NCBI GenBank assembly: GCA_951406725.2
Contig: OX597824.1
Coordinates: 61,008,001 to 61,072,000 of the forward strand
Length of the DNA: 64,000 bases
Source: Octopus vulgaris
Lineage: Eukaryota
Direction of reading: 5' to 3'
Made by a program: the position numbers and the translations under genes. The number at the start of each line of letters is the position of its first letter. Positions within the stretch are counted from its first letter, which is position 1. Below the pieces are notes generated by a model. It was not told the origin of the DNA, did no database searches, and worked only from the letters and a program-made list of their open reading frames with translations. Positions 1 to 13,485 of the stretch are shown here, one piece after another.

Positions 1-1490
1 TGAGAGCTGTAAGTTTTGCTTTAATTCACCATAAATATTCTCGTTATCCTGGACTTTTGATGGTACATTCATATCTGCTCGGCAGCTGACCTCTATAACA
101 GTGTATGACTTTTGTTTGCTGTTCTACAGAACAATATCAGGTCTGTTATGATTATACCGAATTGATTCTTTTATTGGAGTGTTACACCAGTATTCTTTGT
201 TTTTAAAGATGTGAATACACGCAAGTTCTGACATGCCAGTGCAATCATTTTTGCGGATAGCATTGTAAAATCTTTGCGACTATACCATGTTTCAGGGGCA
301 GGTAGTATCTCATAGACGTTGTGGAGCAATGTAGGAGATATTCTCCACACTGGTCTAGCTGAGCCGAATTTTTTTTCATCACAACGTGGAGGTTTGGTGA
401 TATCTTTGACCCTCTTGTTTATTAGGTATTTAGTAGCTGTCTCCTATTCCTGGATAGCGAAGGCATATCCTTCTAGGTGGGATGTAATGTATCTATCGCA
501 GGTCCAGGAGAGCTACTCTTCCAGTCAATGTTGTTATCCTCTACCTTACAGGGTATGTACCTATGCATTGCGTTTTTTCTGATATGATACCTGCTTCTCC
601 TCCAAGCTTTTGTTTACTTAGGCCAGTCCAACTTCCTTTGGGTCGCATGAGACAGTTGTATTCTCAGAGTACCTGAACAGTAGTTCTTCAACAGTGATGA
701 TGTAGCTCTCATTTTTTGAGTATGCATGGAATGTACTCATTTCTTTCTTTACTGTTCAGCAGGTGTTGTTTGAGTGATGCAATGCGATATTCAAAGGCTG
801 ATTGGAATGACCTCATGCCTCTACTGCCATAAATTCGTCTCGCATAAATACTATCAGTGTCGCTCATGACGTGGAAGTTGCCAGTGGGGGTTAGTACCTT
901 TCTACTTTTGATGTCGAGGCTGCGGATCTCATCGCGTGTCTTGTCCAATATACCAAATATCGGCACTAGCACTGGCACTACAAAAGCATTGTGACTTCTT
1001 AAAAGCAGACAGTTCTGAGTTCCATATTTTCCAGAGTCTGCAAAACTACTCTTTTGTTATTCTGACTTTAGTCCCAATAACAACGTATGCAACATTCTCA
1101 TCGTTTCCGAAAGAATCCCTATATCTTTGGCAAGGTATAGTGATTCGATTATTCGTAAATGAAGCACAGTCTATGCATATCATTAAGCGATTACTGCGAT
1201 GTTGTTTGGCTTCCTTAAGGACAGCTTTGCTGAGTTGTTCAGCACAACCCCAAACTCCTTTCTGTCCTCTTGCCTGTTCATCAGTTATCACACCATTTGT
1301 TTGGCAATGGTCTTGGAGAAACATATTCAGACAACCTGTATACTGTTTGTACGTAACATTCAGGCATGTTATAGGCCTATAGTTTTTGGCCACATGGGTC
1401 TCTTTTTTCTTGGAGATAAGAGTAGTCCGTGCGACCGTCAGCCAATCTGGTACATCTAGCTCAGCACCCATTGTTTTTTTAAGCAAATTC
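1..1490 (-). mobile_element. Degraded R4/Dong-clade non-LTR retrotransposon (RT fragments plus restriction-like endonuclease)
   Basis: Minus-strand frames give RT N-terminal motifs (ARTTLISKK..NYRPITCLNVTYK..EQARGQKGVWGCAEQL), a post-RT segment (LDIKSRKVLT..GNFH..SDTDSIY..GSRG) and RLE motifs near the left edge (HNRPDIVL..IEVSC). Many stops and frameshifts, and the RT core is deleted. Confidence 0.8.
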
Positions 1491-1600
1491 GTATGTATGT
1501 ATGTATGTATGTATGTATGTATGTATGTATGTATGTATGTATGTATGTATGTATGCATGGATGGATGGATGCATGCATGCATGCATATATGTATGTATAT
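1491..1600. repeat. (GTAT)n microsatellite
   Basis: Direct reading. Confidence 0.95.
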
Positions 1601-3259
1601 GGCAATATATAACAATGTCCAATGTCGAGCGTTAACTCTATAATCACTATCCCTTCCCTGTAATTCCTATTCTCCACAGCTTTTGTTTCGTTGACCGCAG
1701 AACCTAATTCCGAAGAAAAATCACATAAATAAATAGATAAATAATTCTCTCTTTATAATCTACAAAGGTTGGCAAAAATGTCATGGACGGTACATCATGA
1801 TCCAGGATGGGATTACATTAAAAAATGCGTAAAGAAGTGGTGGAAGAGACATTCAAGCTAGGTAAAATTTTCCGGAAAGGTGTAAGGCATCCCAGTGCTA
1901 CTCGGGGGAACCCTTCAAAATTCACGGTCAGCCTGACCACTAAGGCAAGTGTCCCTTGCTAATTGTTTTGAAGTAGCACTCTGCATCCTCCGTCAATGAC
2001 AACGTTGCGATCAGTTGAGGTTGGCAGAAAAATCACCTTTCTGCAATCCACTACCGATCCCATATAGCTGATCACAGTATCCTTGGGTAGATGTGTTCGT
2101 CCGCCTAGAATAGAATAGCATGCACCCGTATCACTCGCTGAAAGTCCCATTCATGGCTTTGTAATCATGTCGCGTCTCCGCCACTTGTGCCCTTCAGATG
2201 GTTTTCTTTTCTTAATGTTTTGCGCCATACTTCTGAGAACGTAATCTCAGTGTTTCACTTCGATTAAATTCGTTAACACGTCTTTCTAATCTACTGACAT
2301 ATTCTCAGTTTTTCACACGCTACTCTTTTCTAACCTAATCGATTGTGTTCTAATCACTTTCTTCAAATTGTTTTACCATCTGTTGTTGACGTTAATAACC
2401 GTCAGCTGAGGTTATCAATAATTTTGTCTCTAGATTTTGGCTCCAGGAAAAATGCGTTCAAGTCCTCCACTAGTACTAAAGAGTTACACGTTCTCAATAA
2501 AGCTTCTAGACGCCTGGAGAAATGCAGGATCGACTTGCCACCCAAGTTCACAATGGTTGCCCATACCTCGAGATTCAAGCCTGAGCTATCATTGTTGAGT
2601 AAATGATCTTACTTCCAAGCAATCCGAAGGACTTATATATTCATAATTTTTTTATCTAAGTATAGCCATACATCGTGGTTTTCATGAAGGCCGAGTAATC
2701 ATTCCACAATAGTCTTTTCATCATTATTTTTCGGAAAATTCCGACGCTACGAGGAAATTTATTCATTAATAACTTGTAGATGCTTGCGACATCTTCAAAG
2801 TCTGTTTTTGGATGTTTGGGGAAATGAATCCCCAAAATGTCGCCCCTTTCGTTTCTACTTGAAGTTGTTTTGGTGCGTATTCACCAGTGTTGCTATTTAC
2901 AACAATGTAATTGGTGCTGATGGTTTTTGTGTTTGGTTGATGTTGCTCTTGATGTCGCTACTGCTTGTTTCTCGTACTTTCTCTTGGTGTTTAATGCTGC
3001 GATTGTGATTATGAATTCCCCTGTTGTTCTTTAGTGTGATGACATGTCTGCCTGTTGTTCTGTTAGTAGCTTTGTTTCTTTTGTTGCTCTTGACGTTTTC
3101 CTTCGTCGTTGTACCGACAGGAGACTATTTTGTAGGTTCTTTGGTTCTGTTTGTCTATCTGTCTGTATATATGTCTAGATCTATTTATATGTGTGTGTGT
3201 ATGTGCATGTGTGTTTATGCATGAATGCATGTATGTATGTATATATATATATGTATATG

Positions 3260-3323
<64 letters not shown>

Positions 3324-3326
<3 letters not shown>

Positions 3327-3875
3327 GGTCAGGCAAAATGATCTGACACATTTGTAGGTTAAATAAAAGGCAAATGAAGTAAAGAAACAAAAAAGTGTTT
3401 TTATTTTTGAAAAGTACATATAATGCCATTTTGTTTCATTATGTTTTAAAAATTAAATCAGTCAAATGGAATCCATTATTGTCCACACACTGTCGAAGGC
3501 GTTCACGAAAGTTGTCAATAACTCGGCGGGTCATTTCATGTGGAATGGCAGTAATTTCTTGACGAATTGAATCTTTAAGTTCTGGCGGTGCGAGGTCGGA
3601 CGGTTGATTTTCGTTTCAATGCAGATCCAGTAGCTCTGAAGTTGGTAACCCATAACAAGATCGTGTTTCGAGCTGGTACGGGATCATGTCTACCAAGATT
3701 GAAGTGCAAACGGAACGCTCTTTGTGTTGCAGTTACAGAATCGTTTGTTTTGATAAACGTTTCTACAATGAAAGCGCGATGCTCACAAGTCCAATTCATG
3801 GCAGCAACTGAAAAAGAAACGAAAAACAATGCCTTTTATTTAACCTACAAATGTGTCAGATCATTTTGCCTGACC

Positions 3876-3878
<3 letters not shown>
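3324..3878 (-). mobile_element. Internally deleted Tc1/mariner-like element (DUF4817-type HTH), copy 1
   Basis: ~49 bp perfect TIRs (cagggtcaggcaaaatgatctgacacatttgtagg...) between (TA)n flanks. The N-terminal HTH (MNWTCEHRAFIVETF..TQRAFRLHF..RNTILLWVTNFRATGS) is joined directly to the transposase C-terminus (ELKDSIRQEITAIP..FRERLRQCVDNNGFHL). Confidence 0.9.
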
Positions 3879-3938
<60 letters not shown>

Positions 3939-3943
<5 letters not shown>

Positions 3944-4086
3944 GTAAATATAATATGTGACAATTATTAGGTACCCATGATAAAACTCCGAGTTTCGGAT
4001 GTCGGGGTGGGAACCCACGCCGCCATATCTTCAGTAACCGAAACTCGGAATTTTATCATGGCTACCGAATATGATATTTACAGATA
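3939..4086 (-). ncRNA. Fold-back element with hammerhead-like core (Penelope-end-like); duplicated at ~6875-7022
   Basis: Minus strand reads CTGAAGA-hairpin(atggcggcgtggg/cccaccccgacat)-GAAAC-tcggagtt, inside inverted arms 3970-3998/4038-4066. Stem I is not evident. Confidence 0.5.
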
Positions 4087-4582
4087 AATTCCTCTATTTA
4101 CATAATATCGAGATCTCTTTCATTCTTTTGTTGTCTTACCATTTCTATCAATAAATATAAATATATATATTTATATATATATGGTGGCTGCCCCCTCGTT
4201 ATCGAGTATGGGCATTGCACGAAGCTTAATCAATGTTGTTATCGTGCAATGCCTGTGCAAGAAGATATTTTTTTAAGTGAGGAAAGGCTGTACACTGAGT
4301 CAATCCCACTCACTAAGCAACATCAGCCATAATCCGAAAAGAAGAACAAGTCAACATCATCGGTAACCACAGAGCCGCAGGTTTTATGTCGGAGTTATCC
4401 CAATTACCTGAGTTGCCTTCTCCTAGAAGGATGCCCTGACAAAGGCTAGGGGTCCTTCACTCCCAATGGTTTAACTGTGCGATCGGGTATTCAATCCGAT
4501 TATTTCTATGTCCCCGCGCATGATACAGCTTTAAGACATTTATTGGATGGTCGTTGACTCTCAAGAGTTCCTCCCGCCCTTT

Positions 4583-6186
4583 GTTAACTCTATAATCACT
4601 ATCCCTTCCCTGTAATTCCTATTCTCCACAGCTTTTGTTTCGTTGACCGCAGAACCTAATTCCGAAGAAAAATCACATAAATAAATAGATAAATAATTCT
4701 CTCTTTATTATCTACAAAGGTTGGCAAAAATGTCATGGACGGTACATCATGATCCAGGATGGGATTACATTAAAAAATGCGTAAAGAAGTGGTGGAAGAG
4801 ACATTCAAGCTAGGTAAAATTTTCCGGAAAGGTGTAAGGCATCCCAGTGCTACTCGGGGGAACCCTTCAAAATTCACGGTCAGCCTGACCACTAAGGCAA
4901 GTGTCCCTTGCTAATTGTTTTGAAGTAGCACTCTGCATCCTCCGTCAATGACAACGTTGCGATCAGTTGAGGTTGGCAGAAAAATCACCTTTTTTCGATC
5001 CCGATCACAGTAGGGTAGATGTGTTCGTCCGCCTAGAATAGAATAGCATGCACCCGTATCACTCGCTGAAAGTCCCATTCATGGCTTTGTAATCATGTCG
5101 CGTCTCCGCCACTTGTGCCCTTCAGATGGTTTTCTTTTCTTAATGTTTTGCGCCATACTTCTGAGAACGTAATCTCAGTGTTTCACTTCGATTAAATTCG
5201 TTAACACGTCTTTCTAATCTACTGACATATTCTCAGTTTTTCACACGCTACTCTTTTCTAACCTAATCGATTGTGTTCTAATCACTTTCTTCAAATTGTT
5301 TTACCATCTGTTGTTGACGTTAATAACCGTCAGCTGAGGTTATCAATAATTTTGTCTCTAGATTTTGGCTCCAGGAAAAATGCGTTCAAGTCCTCCACTA
5401 GTACTAAAGAGTTACACGTTCTCAATAAAGCTTCTAGACGCCTGGAGAAATGCAGGATCGACTTGCCACCCAAGTCACAATGGTTGCCCATACCTCGAGA
5501 TTCAAGCCTGAGCTATCATTGTTGAGTAAATGATCTTACTTCCAAGCAATCCGAAGGACTTATATATTCATAATTTTTTTATCTAAGTATAGCCATACAT
5601 CGTGGTTTTCATGAAGGCCGAGTAATCATTCCACAATAGTCTTTTCATCATTATTTTTCGGAAAATTCCGACGCTACGAGGAAATTTATTCATTAATAAC
5701 TTGTAGATGCTTGCGACATCTTCAAAGTCTGTTTTTGGATGTTTGGGGAAATGAATCCCCAAAATGTCGCCCCTTTCGTTTCTACTTGAAGTTGTTTTGG
5801 TGCGTATTCACCAGTGTTGCTATTTACAACAATGTAATTGGTGCTGATGGTTTTTGTGTTTGGTTGATGTTGCTCTTGATGTCGCTACTGCTTGTTTCTC
5901 GTACTTTCTCTTGGTGTTTAATGCTGCGATTGTGATTATGAATTCCCCTGTTGTTCTTTAGTGTGATGACATGTCTGCCTGTTGTTCTGTTAGTAGCTTT
6001 GTTTCTTTTGTTGCTCTTGACGTTTTCCTTCGTCGTTGTACCGACAGGAGACTATTTTGTAGGTTCTTTGGTTCTGTTTGTCTATTTGTCTGTATATATG
6101 TCTAGATCTATTTATATGTGTGTGTGTATGTGTATGTGTGTTTATGCATGAATGCATGTATGTATGTATATATATATATGTATATG

Positions 6187-6261
<75 letters not shown>

Positions 6262-6810
6262 GGTCAGGCAAAATGATCTGACACATTTGTAGGTTAAATA
6301 AAAGGCAAATGAAGTAAAGAAACAAAAAAGTGTTTTTATTTTTGAAAAGTACATATAATGCCATTTTGTTTCATTATGTTTTAAAAATTAAATCAGTCAA
6401 ATGGAATCCATTATTGTCCACACACTGTCGAAGGCGTTCACGAAAGTTGTCAATAACTCGGCGGGTCATTTCATGTGGAATGGCAGTAATTTCTTGACGA
6501 ATTGAATCTTTAAGTTCTGGCGGTGCGAGGTCGGACGGTTGATTTTCGTTTCAATGCAGATCCAGTAGCTCTGAAGTTGGTAACCCATAACAAGATCGTG
6601 TTTCGAGCTGGTACGGGATCATGTCTACCAAGATTGAAGTGCAAACGGAACGCTCTTTGTGTTGCAGTTACAGAATCGTTTGTTTTGATAAACGTTTCTA
6701 CAATGAAAGCGCGATGCTCACAAGTCCAATTCATGGCAGCAACTGAAAAAGAAACGAAAAACAATGCCTTTTATTTAACCTACAAATGTGTCAGATCATT
6801 TTGCCTGACC

Positions 6811-6880
<70 letters not shown>

Positions 6881-7519
6881 GTAAATATAATATGTGACAA
6901 TTATTAGGTACCCATGATAAAACTCCGAGTTTCGGATGTCGGGGCGGGAACCCACGCCGCCATATCTTCAGTAACCGAAACTCGGAATTTTATCATGGCT
7001 ACCGAATATGATATTTACAGATAAATTCCTCTATTTACATAATATCGAGATCTCTTTCATTCTTTTGTTGTCTTACCATTTCTATCAATAAATATAAATA
7101 TATATATTTATATATATATGGTGGCTGCCCCCTCGTTATCGAGTATGGGCATTGCACGAAGCTTAATCAATGTTGTTATCGTGCAATGCCTGTGCAAGAA
7201 GATATTTTTTTAAGTGAGGAAAGGCTGTACACTGAGTCAATCCCACTCACTAAGCAACATCAACCATAATCCGAAAAGAAGAACAAGTCAACATCATCGG
7301 TAACCACTGAGCCGCAGGTTTTATGTCGGAGTTATCCCAATTACCTGAGTTGCCTTCTCCTAGAAGGATGCCCTGACAAAGGCTAGGGGTCCTTCACTCC
7401 CAATGGTTTAACTGTGCGATCGGGTATTCAATCCGATTATTTCTATGTCCCCGCGCATGATACAGCTTTAAGACATTTATTGGATGGTCGTTGACTCTCA
7501 AGAGTTCCTCCGCCCTTTG
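4583..7519 (+). repeat. Tandem segmental duplication, copy 2
   Basis: Matches 1631-4582 except for small indels near 4990-5015 and microsatellite lengths. Confidence 0.95.
6259..6813 (-). mobile_element. Internally deleted Tc1/mariner-like element, copy 2 (in duplication)
   Basis: Same TIRs and ORF as 3324-3878. Confidence 0.9.
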
Positions 7520-7625
7520 ACGGGTTTTGTTTTTCATCCCGCAGGGTGACCAATAAACACCCTCCTCACCAAGCGAGCTTGGTGGGGTTGCCGGTTTAGT
7601 CGCCGACGACCCGACCATGCAACAA
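7118..7625 (-). mobile_element. Non-autonomous RTE-derived retroposon (5'UTR joined to 3' tail); truncated copy at 4181-4582
   Basis: Minus strand has an RTE-5'UTR-like motif (cagggcatccttctaggagaaggcaactc) and ends catactcgataacgagggggcagccaccat followed by (AT)n. No coding capacity. Confidence 0.55.
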
Positions 7626-7626
7626 T

Positions 7627-7871
<245 letters not shown>

Positions 7872-7974
7872 GTAGCTCTTATATACCCTTATTTATAATT
7901 TCGATGATAATTATAACCTATAAGGTTTTTTCTCCCCATGCTGCCACTTGATTCGATCGTTATTTAAATAACCG

Positions 7975-8006
<32 letters not shown>

Positions 8007-8007
8007 C

Positions 8008-8172
8008 ACGACAGACTTTTTTTAGTTTTCGTCAACCAAATCCACTCTCAAGGGTTTGGTTGGCCTGGGCCTATTAGTAGAAGATACTTGCCCAAGGTGC
8101 CACTTAGTAGAACTGAACCTGGAATCATATAGTCGGGAAACAAACCTCTTATCACATAGTTACGCCTACGCC
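8008..8172 (-). mobile_element. tRNA-derived SINE, family B
   Basis: Shares aaatccactcacaaggctttggtcggcc..gaagatacttgcccaaggtgcc with the other family-B copies. Confidence 0.8.
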
Positions 8173-8259
8173 TGTATAAATGATAAGAAAACGCTTCTCA
8201 CATAGCGTGGAAAATGCATTCGATACAAGGTAAGGCAGTTTCAACTGACTGAACAGATT

Positions 8260-8867
8260 TAAGATACTTTTAGACTCTCCCTCAACCCCGCATACTTTCC
8301 TTGGGAGTTATATTTCCTACAATACATAATGATGATTTTACTTTCTGTGATGGCGATTGCGAAAGTAGTTGTCTGGTAGAGGAGGCTGAGAGGCCTGAGG
8401 GCAGAGACATTCCTCTTTGGTAGATCCTTCATCGATTTTTTCAAGTTTCACTTGAAAAGGAAAGTGACGGTCGAGAGGGAGGTGTTGCTCTCGAATGAGT
8501 TTATTGAAGGGCGAGGGTAAGTTACAAAATTGTAAGAGTGGATGGGACTGCTCTAAATGTAGACATATAAATCGAGAAGCAGGATATGTAGAGGGCACCT
8601 GCTTTGGTGTTCAAGGAGATCTTGGACGGTGGGGTTCTTCGATTATCCCTAGAGGTCCTCCTGTATCAAGAGAACCACAACACGATTATATATTTCCCTT
8701 CTTTCCTTTCACTGATGTATCCTATGTCTACTTCCCTTTTTTTTATTGTAAACCGTGTAAACTTTCGTTTTTGTTTTTATTATCATTTCATTTTATGTAA
8801 ACACCCCACACTTTATGTCTGTCTTTGTTTTGTCCCCATCAACCTTCGCGCTGGCGGGAAATAAAAG

Positions 8868-8870
<3 letters not shown>
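8260..8870 (+). mobile_element. 3' end of a Tx1/L1-like LINE followed by (CAT)n
   Basis: Frame MAIAKVVVW*RRLRGLRAETFL..FHLKRKVTVEREVL matches the C-terminus of the element at 36508-41915 (AVAKVVWW..KKKIRVEREVL). AATAAA, then (CAT)n at 8871-8907. Confidence 0.75.
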
Positions 8871-8900
<30 letters not shown>

Positions 8901-8929
8901 CCATCATCGCTGCAACCGCTGCAAAAGGT

Positions 8930-9115
8930 CGCCAGAGGGCAGAATTGTTAGCACGCTTGACAAAATGCCTATCAGCTTTAAATTCCGAGTTTTAAAAAAC
9001 CGTCGAAATCAACTTTGCATTTCATCCTGTCAGCTCGATAAGATAAGTACCAGTTGAGTACGAGAATCGAAGTAATCTACTTCTCCCTCAAAATTGCTTG
9101 CCCTGTGGAAAGAAT
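8930..9115 (+). mobile_element. SINE family A, diverged
   Basis: ggcagaattgttagcacg..caaaatgc..gataagataagtaccag. Confidence 0.7.
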
Positions 9116-9894
9116 TACAATAGCAGCGTAACACGCAGTTTGCAGCCCCATAAGTTTAAAAAGAAGTTGTTAGTTTTTGTCGTTATTGTATTTGTATCAA
9201 ATATCTGTTTGCCTCGTGTTTCTGAGCTAAAAGGAAGAGAAAAGTGGGCTTATTTATATTTTTTTCAGTCCCATTTTACTCTATTTAAATGTATTTTCAC
9301 TTTTCAAAATGACTTTGTCTGCCGGAAAAGACAAAATGCTAGGGAAAATGAAGGAAGAAAGGTGGGAAGGAGACTTTATTGGACAGCTTTTCTCTAGTTC
9401 AAAGTTCAAATAACAACACAGTCACTATCACCGTCAGCATCAGACTTAACAGCAGCAGCATGACTAAAGCTACTATCAATCCTAACAAATCCATGACCTT
9501 GACCATTGATAGTAGAGACGCTGGGATAAACAGAAAAATGCAATTGCACCCGACATCAACGACAAGAATACTACCATCAGCAATAACAACAGCAACGACG
9601 ATAGTAACAACTCTAGCGAAAGTACTTTCTCTGTATACGAGTCCACTGTCAATACTCATGTCTATGCTGAGAGCCGAGTATATAAGTGGATGTGACCTAA
9701 TACCGGTTTTGGGAGCCTGGTCACTTGTTAAACGACCTCAGGTCAATAACTTTGGTAGCTATGAGTAAGACTGGACACACGCACTCACACCCCTTTTCGG
9801 TGACTATTTCAGTTGATTGAAATTATAGATGGATAGAATTTTCTAAAGATTTATTGATATATGGTACATTTGTTCTTTCCATTGTTCTTCTCTT

Positions 9895-10190
9895 GACAAA
9901 CGTCTTTTACCGAACCGCTAGGACGTAAATGCGCCAACATCTGTCGTCAAGCGGTGGTGGTGGGACACAGACACAAAGACACACACACAGGGATTAATAA
10001 CTAAATAAATGAATATATGTGTGTGTGTGTGTTTCTGTATTCATGACGGTCTTACAATTCTCGTCTACCAAATCCACCACTCACAAGGCTTTGGTCGGCC
10101 TGAGGCTATAGTAGAAGATACTTGACCAAGGTGCCACGCAGTAGCACTGAACTCGAAACCATGTTGTTGGGAAGCAAGCTTCTTACCACA
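9895..10190 (-). mobile_element. SINE family B with internal CA/GT repeat
   Basis: Reverse complement of the 58806-59090 type. Confidence 0.8.
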
Positions 10191-12214
10191 CTCTGAGGTC
10201 AGAGTAAATGGCCACTTATTGAAATCGTATTGATCACAATAATGTTCTGTTAAGGGTATCCATCCAGTGACGTGGTTCCTATACTTCTTGGCTTGTTGAG
10301 CCACTGATGTAGAAGCTGCAGTGGTTGAAAGAGCATCTTGCTCGAAAGGAATGCAAGGATTCTATACAGAACATATCAAAATGGTCGACACGTATTGAGG
10401 AACTACGAGTCTTTGACAGAAGAACTCTTAATTAGGACAAGTCGGTGACAGATAGGCACAAGAGCAGAAAAAACATATTTAGCAGCGTAGTACAACACTG
10501 TACCGCGAATACCTTGAAATTATTTGGAATTTGGTTCGGACCTGATCTGTAGTTGAATTTTTGTAAAAAACAAAAAAAAAAGTAGCCTGTAACACTTAGA
10601 AATGGGTTGAGAGGAAACTCTCTCTGAAAGATCAGACAGAGGAAATAAACGGATGCATTGCCTCTATTATTACCATCTATTGCATCTTGTGGAAGGAAAA
10701 TTTTCTATTAGTTCGAAGGTAGACATTTTTGCCAACACCCTATGCGAGCAGGGCTCCAATATGCAAGTTTTCATTAAGAGGAGATTTGGTTAGTGCAGAG
10801 ATATGTCCCTTAGTGAATTTAGTAACTGGTGCTTAAGATTGTCAAGAATGGCCCGAATCAATGAGCCTCCTCTCAGTATATACATGCATACTTGAGAATA
10901 CAACTGGTAGAGGCCTCTGGCTTTCATAGTTTAGATAAGCCTTAATTTATAGGGTTCCTTGACTGTCACTAGGTAACCCTTTTAGTTTGTTTTATTTCAT
11001 TCGCATATTGTATATTGTTGTTATTTCTACAACTGATTGTTGAATTTTTCTTTCTTTTCATAGTTCGATTCTGCATAGTTCACCACTTTATCGTAATTCG
11101 TCTTTGTAATGTCCCCTGTATTCGTTACCTTTATATCAAATAGAATAATAACTATTACCATACATAACGTCTAGAAATGCTTGACCTGGGCGTGAAACTG
11201 AGGAGCATTTACAGATCGTGACAAAATCTATGTGCACGTCAGTGTGAACAATACAACATACATATTTGACGTGTGTTCTCGAATTGCCTGTCTCTAAGCT
11301 GATGTCAAACATGTAGGAACGATTAAATCGTCAACCATAATCACCAGATTACGTTGTTGCCTCGTTCTTTAACAAAGTAGTATGATCAGTGTTGTTTTTG
11401 CTGTTTACCTCGGAGAATATCTGATCAAGCAAACTTACAATGAGGTGTAATGAGAAGATTAAACAATCGATTCCAGTGAGTCGACTGGCTATGTATCAGA
11501 GGCTACATGCAGTTTTCATTTTTTTTCTTTTCGTTGTTGCGTTGTCAACTATACTGAAAGTACCCAATACATGCATGAAGTGCCCGGTTGTGCTTTTCTC
11601 TTTATTGCAGTGAGCTGTCACTTTTTCATTATCTGAAATTTTACTTATGCATGTTTGTAGCAGGCATGGACAATCTTTCTAGCGATATAGCTATCATCAG
11701 GAAGGGCTGCACTACTGAAAAATTCAAGGTACTTTTTCATTGTGTCGCAGAGTTCAGGTTGCTCACAACAGGTTTATGCAATCTCTTTATCAGTATTTCC
11801 TAATGTTGGCATAATTTCCGTAGAGTTCCTACTCTGTAATTCCTTCAAATGTATTCTCTTTTGCCTAAGACAGGATAGACAGAGAGAATGCGATTGTTTC
11901 TTGCCCACCTTCTATATTTTGCAGTTACTTAGTTCACCCCACTTCATTACATACTTCTAGAAGTTTCTGAGGGATAGCATTTGGAAGTTTGTGTTTAGTC
12001 CAATTCTTTTGGATATTTTGTGTTGTTTTAACCATCATAACTAAGGCCATGATAGAACACCATTATGCCACATAGCATTGTTTTTGTTTTAGAATTTTTC
12101 TTTTTTTTCTTTGTCCTCTTATCAACTATTCCTTCGCATTTTTACCTCCAATTTCGTATCGAATCTTATTGTCAATAAATGTACTGAAAATACTGACCGC
12201 AGTAGTTAATCTAC

Positions 12215-12250
12215 TTATTATTATTATTATTATTATTATTATCATTATTA

Positions 12251-12347
<97 letters not shown>

Positions 12348-12366
12348 CATCATCATTATTATTATT
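12215..12366. repeat. (ATT)n microsatellite
   Basis: Direct reading. Confidence 0.95.
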
Positions 12367-13100
12367 GATTGATTACAGATTTAAAGTGTGCAACCCATCT
12401 TTTCAGAATTTTATCTTTGCTACTTGAAAGTCTTGTTCCGTCATTAGAAAGAATAGGTTCTGTACAACCCTTTCTTGGACCAAATACACCTTTCAGATTG
12501 TCATATAGTGCTCTCAAGTTGTGAGAGTTAGCAGCCTGTTCCAATTCTTGAGTTTTTTTTTCTTTTGTCCACCAAAAATTTTTTCCTCTCACGCAGTTAT
12601 TTTCTCTGTAGTCTTTCTAGAGATGTATAGGGATATGAGTGTTGGTGAGTTTTGTTTGAGATCTATGCCGTGTGTCTCATGTGCATAGTTTCTAGGAGGG
12701 GTTTAATTTGAGAATCATTCTCACCGAACCTATCTTGGTGCTTGTATTTCGTGAATCCTTGAGCTACTTCAGCAGTTGATTTGATGCTGTCACAAATATT
12801 GTACCTCAAATATTGTACCACAAATATTGTACCACAAATATTGTACCACAAATATTGTACCACAAATATTGTACCACAAAATTTCAGGGTCATTACATTC
12901 CTCTATTTTCATGAGCTTTGAGTTTAATTTCATATTAAAGTTTTTGTCGTTTCTGGACTTTTTAAAGATGAGACGTTCATTCTCGGATGTATACTGAATC
13001 TCAGTGGCCTCTTTCTATATGGTTTAACAAATATCCTTCTGCGAACCATTCAGTTTTCCGAGTAACACTCTGGAGTTTTGTGAGTTCTGGTTAATATGAA
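12366..13100 (-). mobile_element. RTE-clade LINE fragment (EN-RT linker)
   Basis: KHQDRFGEND..WWTKEK..ELEQAANSHNLRALYDNLKGVFGP..SNDGTRLSSSKDKILKRWVAHFKSVIN is typical of RTE ORF2. Confidence 0.75.
12791..12881. repeat. 14-bp minisatellite (cacaaatattgtac) x ~6
   Basis: Direct reading. Confidence 0.9.
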
Positions 13101-13189
13101 ATCACTACAATACTATTCCGTCTTCACGTTAGCTTATTATCATCATTTTAGTGTCTTTGTCAAAGTTCTTTCGTTATGCTTACTGTGAG

Positions 13190-13485
13190 CTCTTTTGTTT
13201 TGGGATGGAAAGCCAGCAGATGAACTAAGAATTCATAGTGTTGGTTTTGCCATTAAATCAATTTTACTTCGCAAATTACAATCCATCCCTCAATCTGTTG
13301 ATGAGCACCTCATGACATTCAGTATCCTGATAGGTAAATGCCCATCTAGGCACATCATCAGTGCATATGCACTTACCTTATCGGCATGCGAACAAGAACA
13401 CTCTTCTACTCCAAACCGTAGATAGTTCTCACTAAAATCCCGTACCATGACAAAATCATACTGATGAGTAATTTTAATGCCAGAA
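13190..13485 (+). mobile_element. RTE AP-endonuclease fragment
   Basis: FWDGKP..RIHSVGFAIKS..VDEHLMT..IISAYALTL. Confidence 0.75.

Larger units (their letters stand above)
1631..4582 (+). repeat. Tandem segmental duplication, copy 1 (~2.95 kb)
   Basis: gttaactctataatcactatccc at 1631 recurs at 4583, and the two copies are near-identical along their length. Confidence 0.95.

Noticed and set aside
9379-9768. 129 aa T/S-rich ORF and the antisense hydrophobic ORF
   Set aside because: Low-complexity degenerate trinucleotide (ACA/GCA) sequence with no recognisable domain.
12791-12881. Short tandem arrays (also 41783-41885 and 47063-47178) as CRISPR-like arrays
   Set aside because: No unique spacers, no cas genes and a eukaryotic context; these are ordinary minisatellites.
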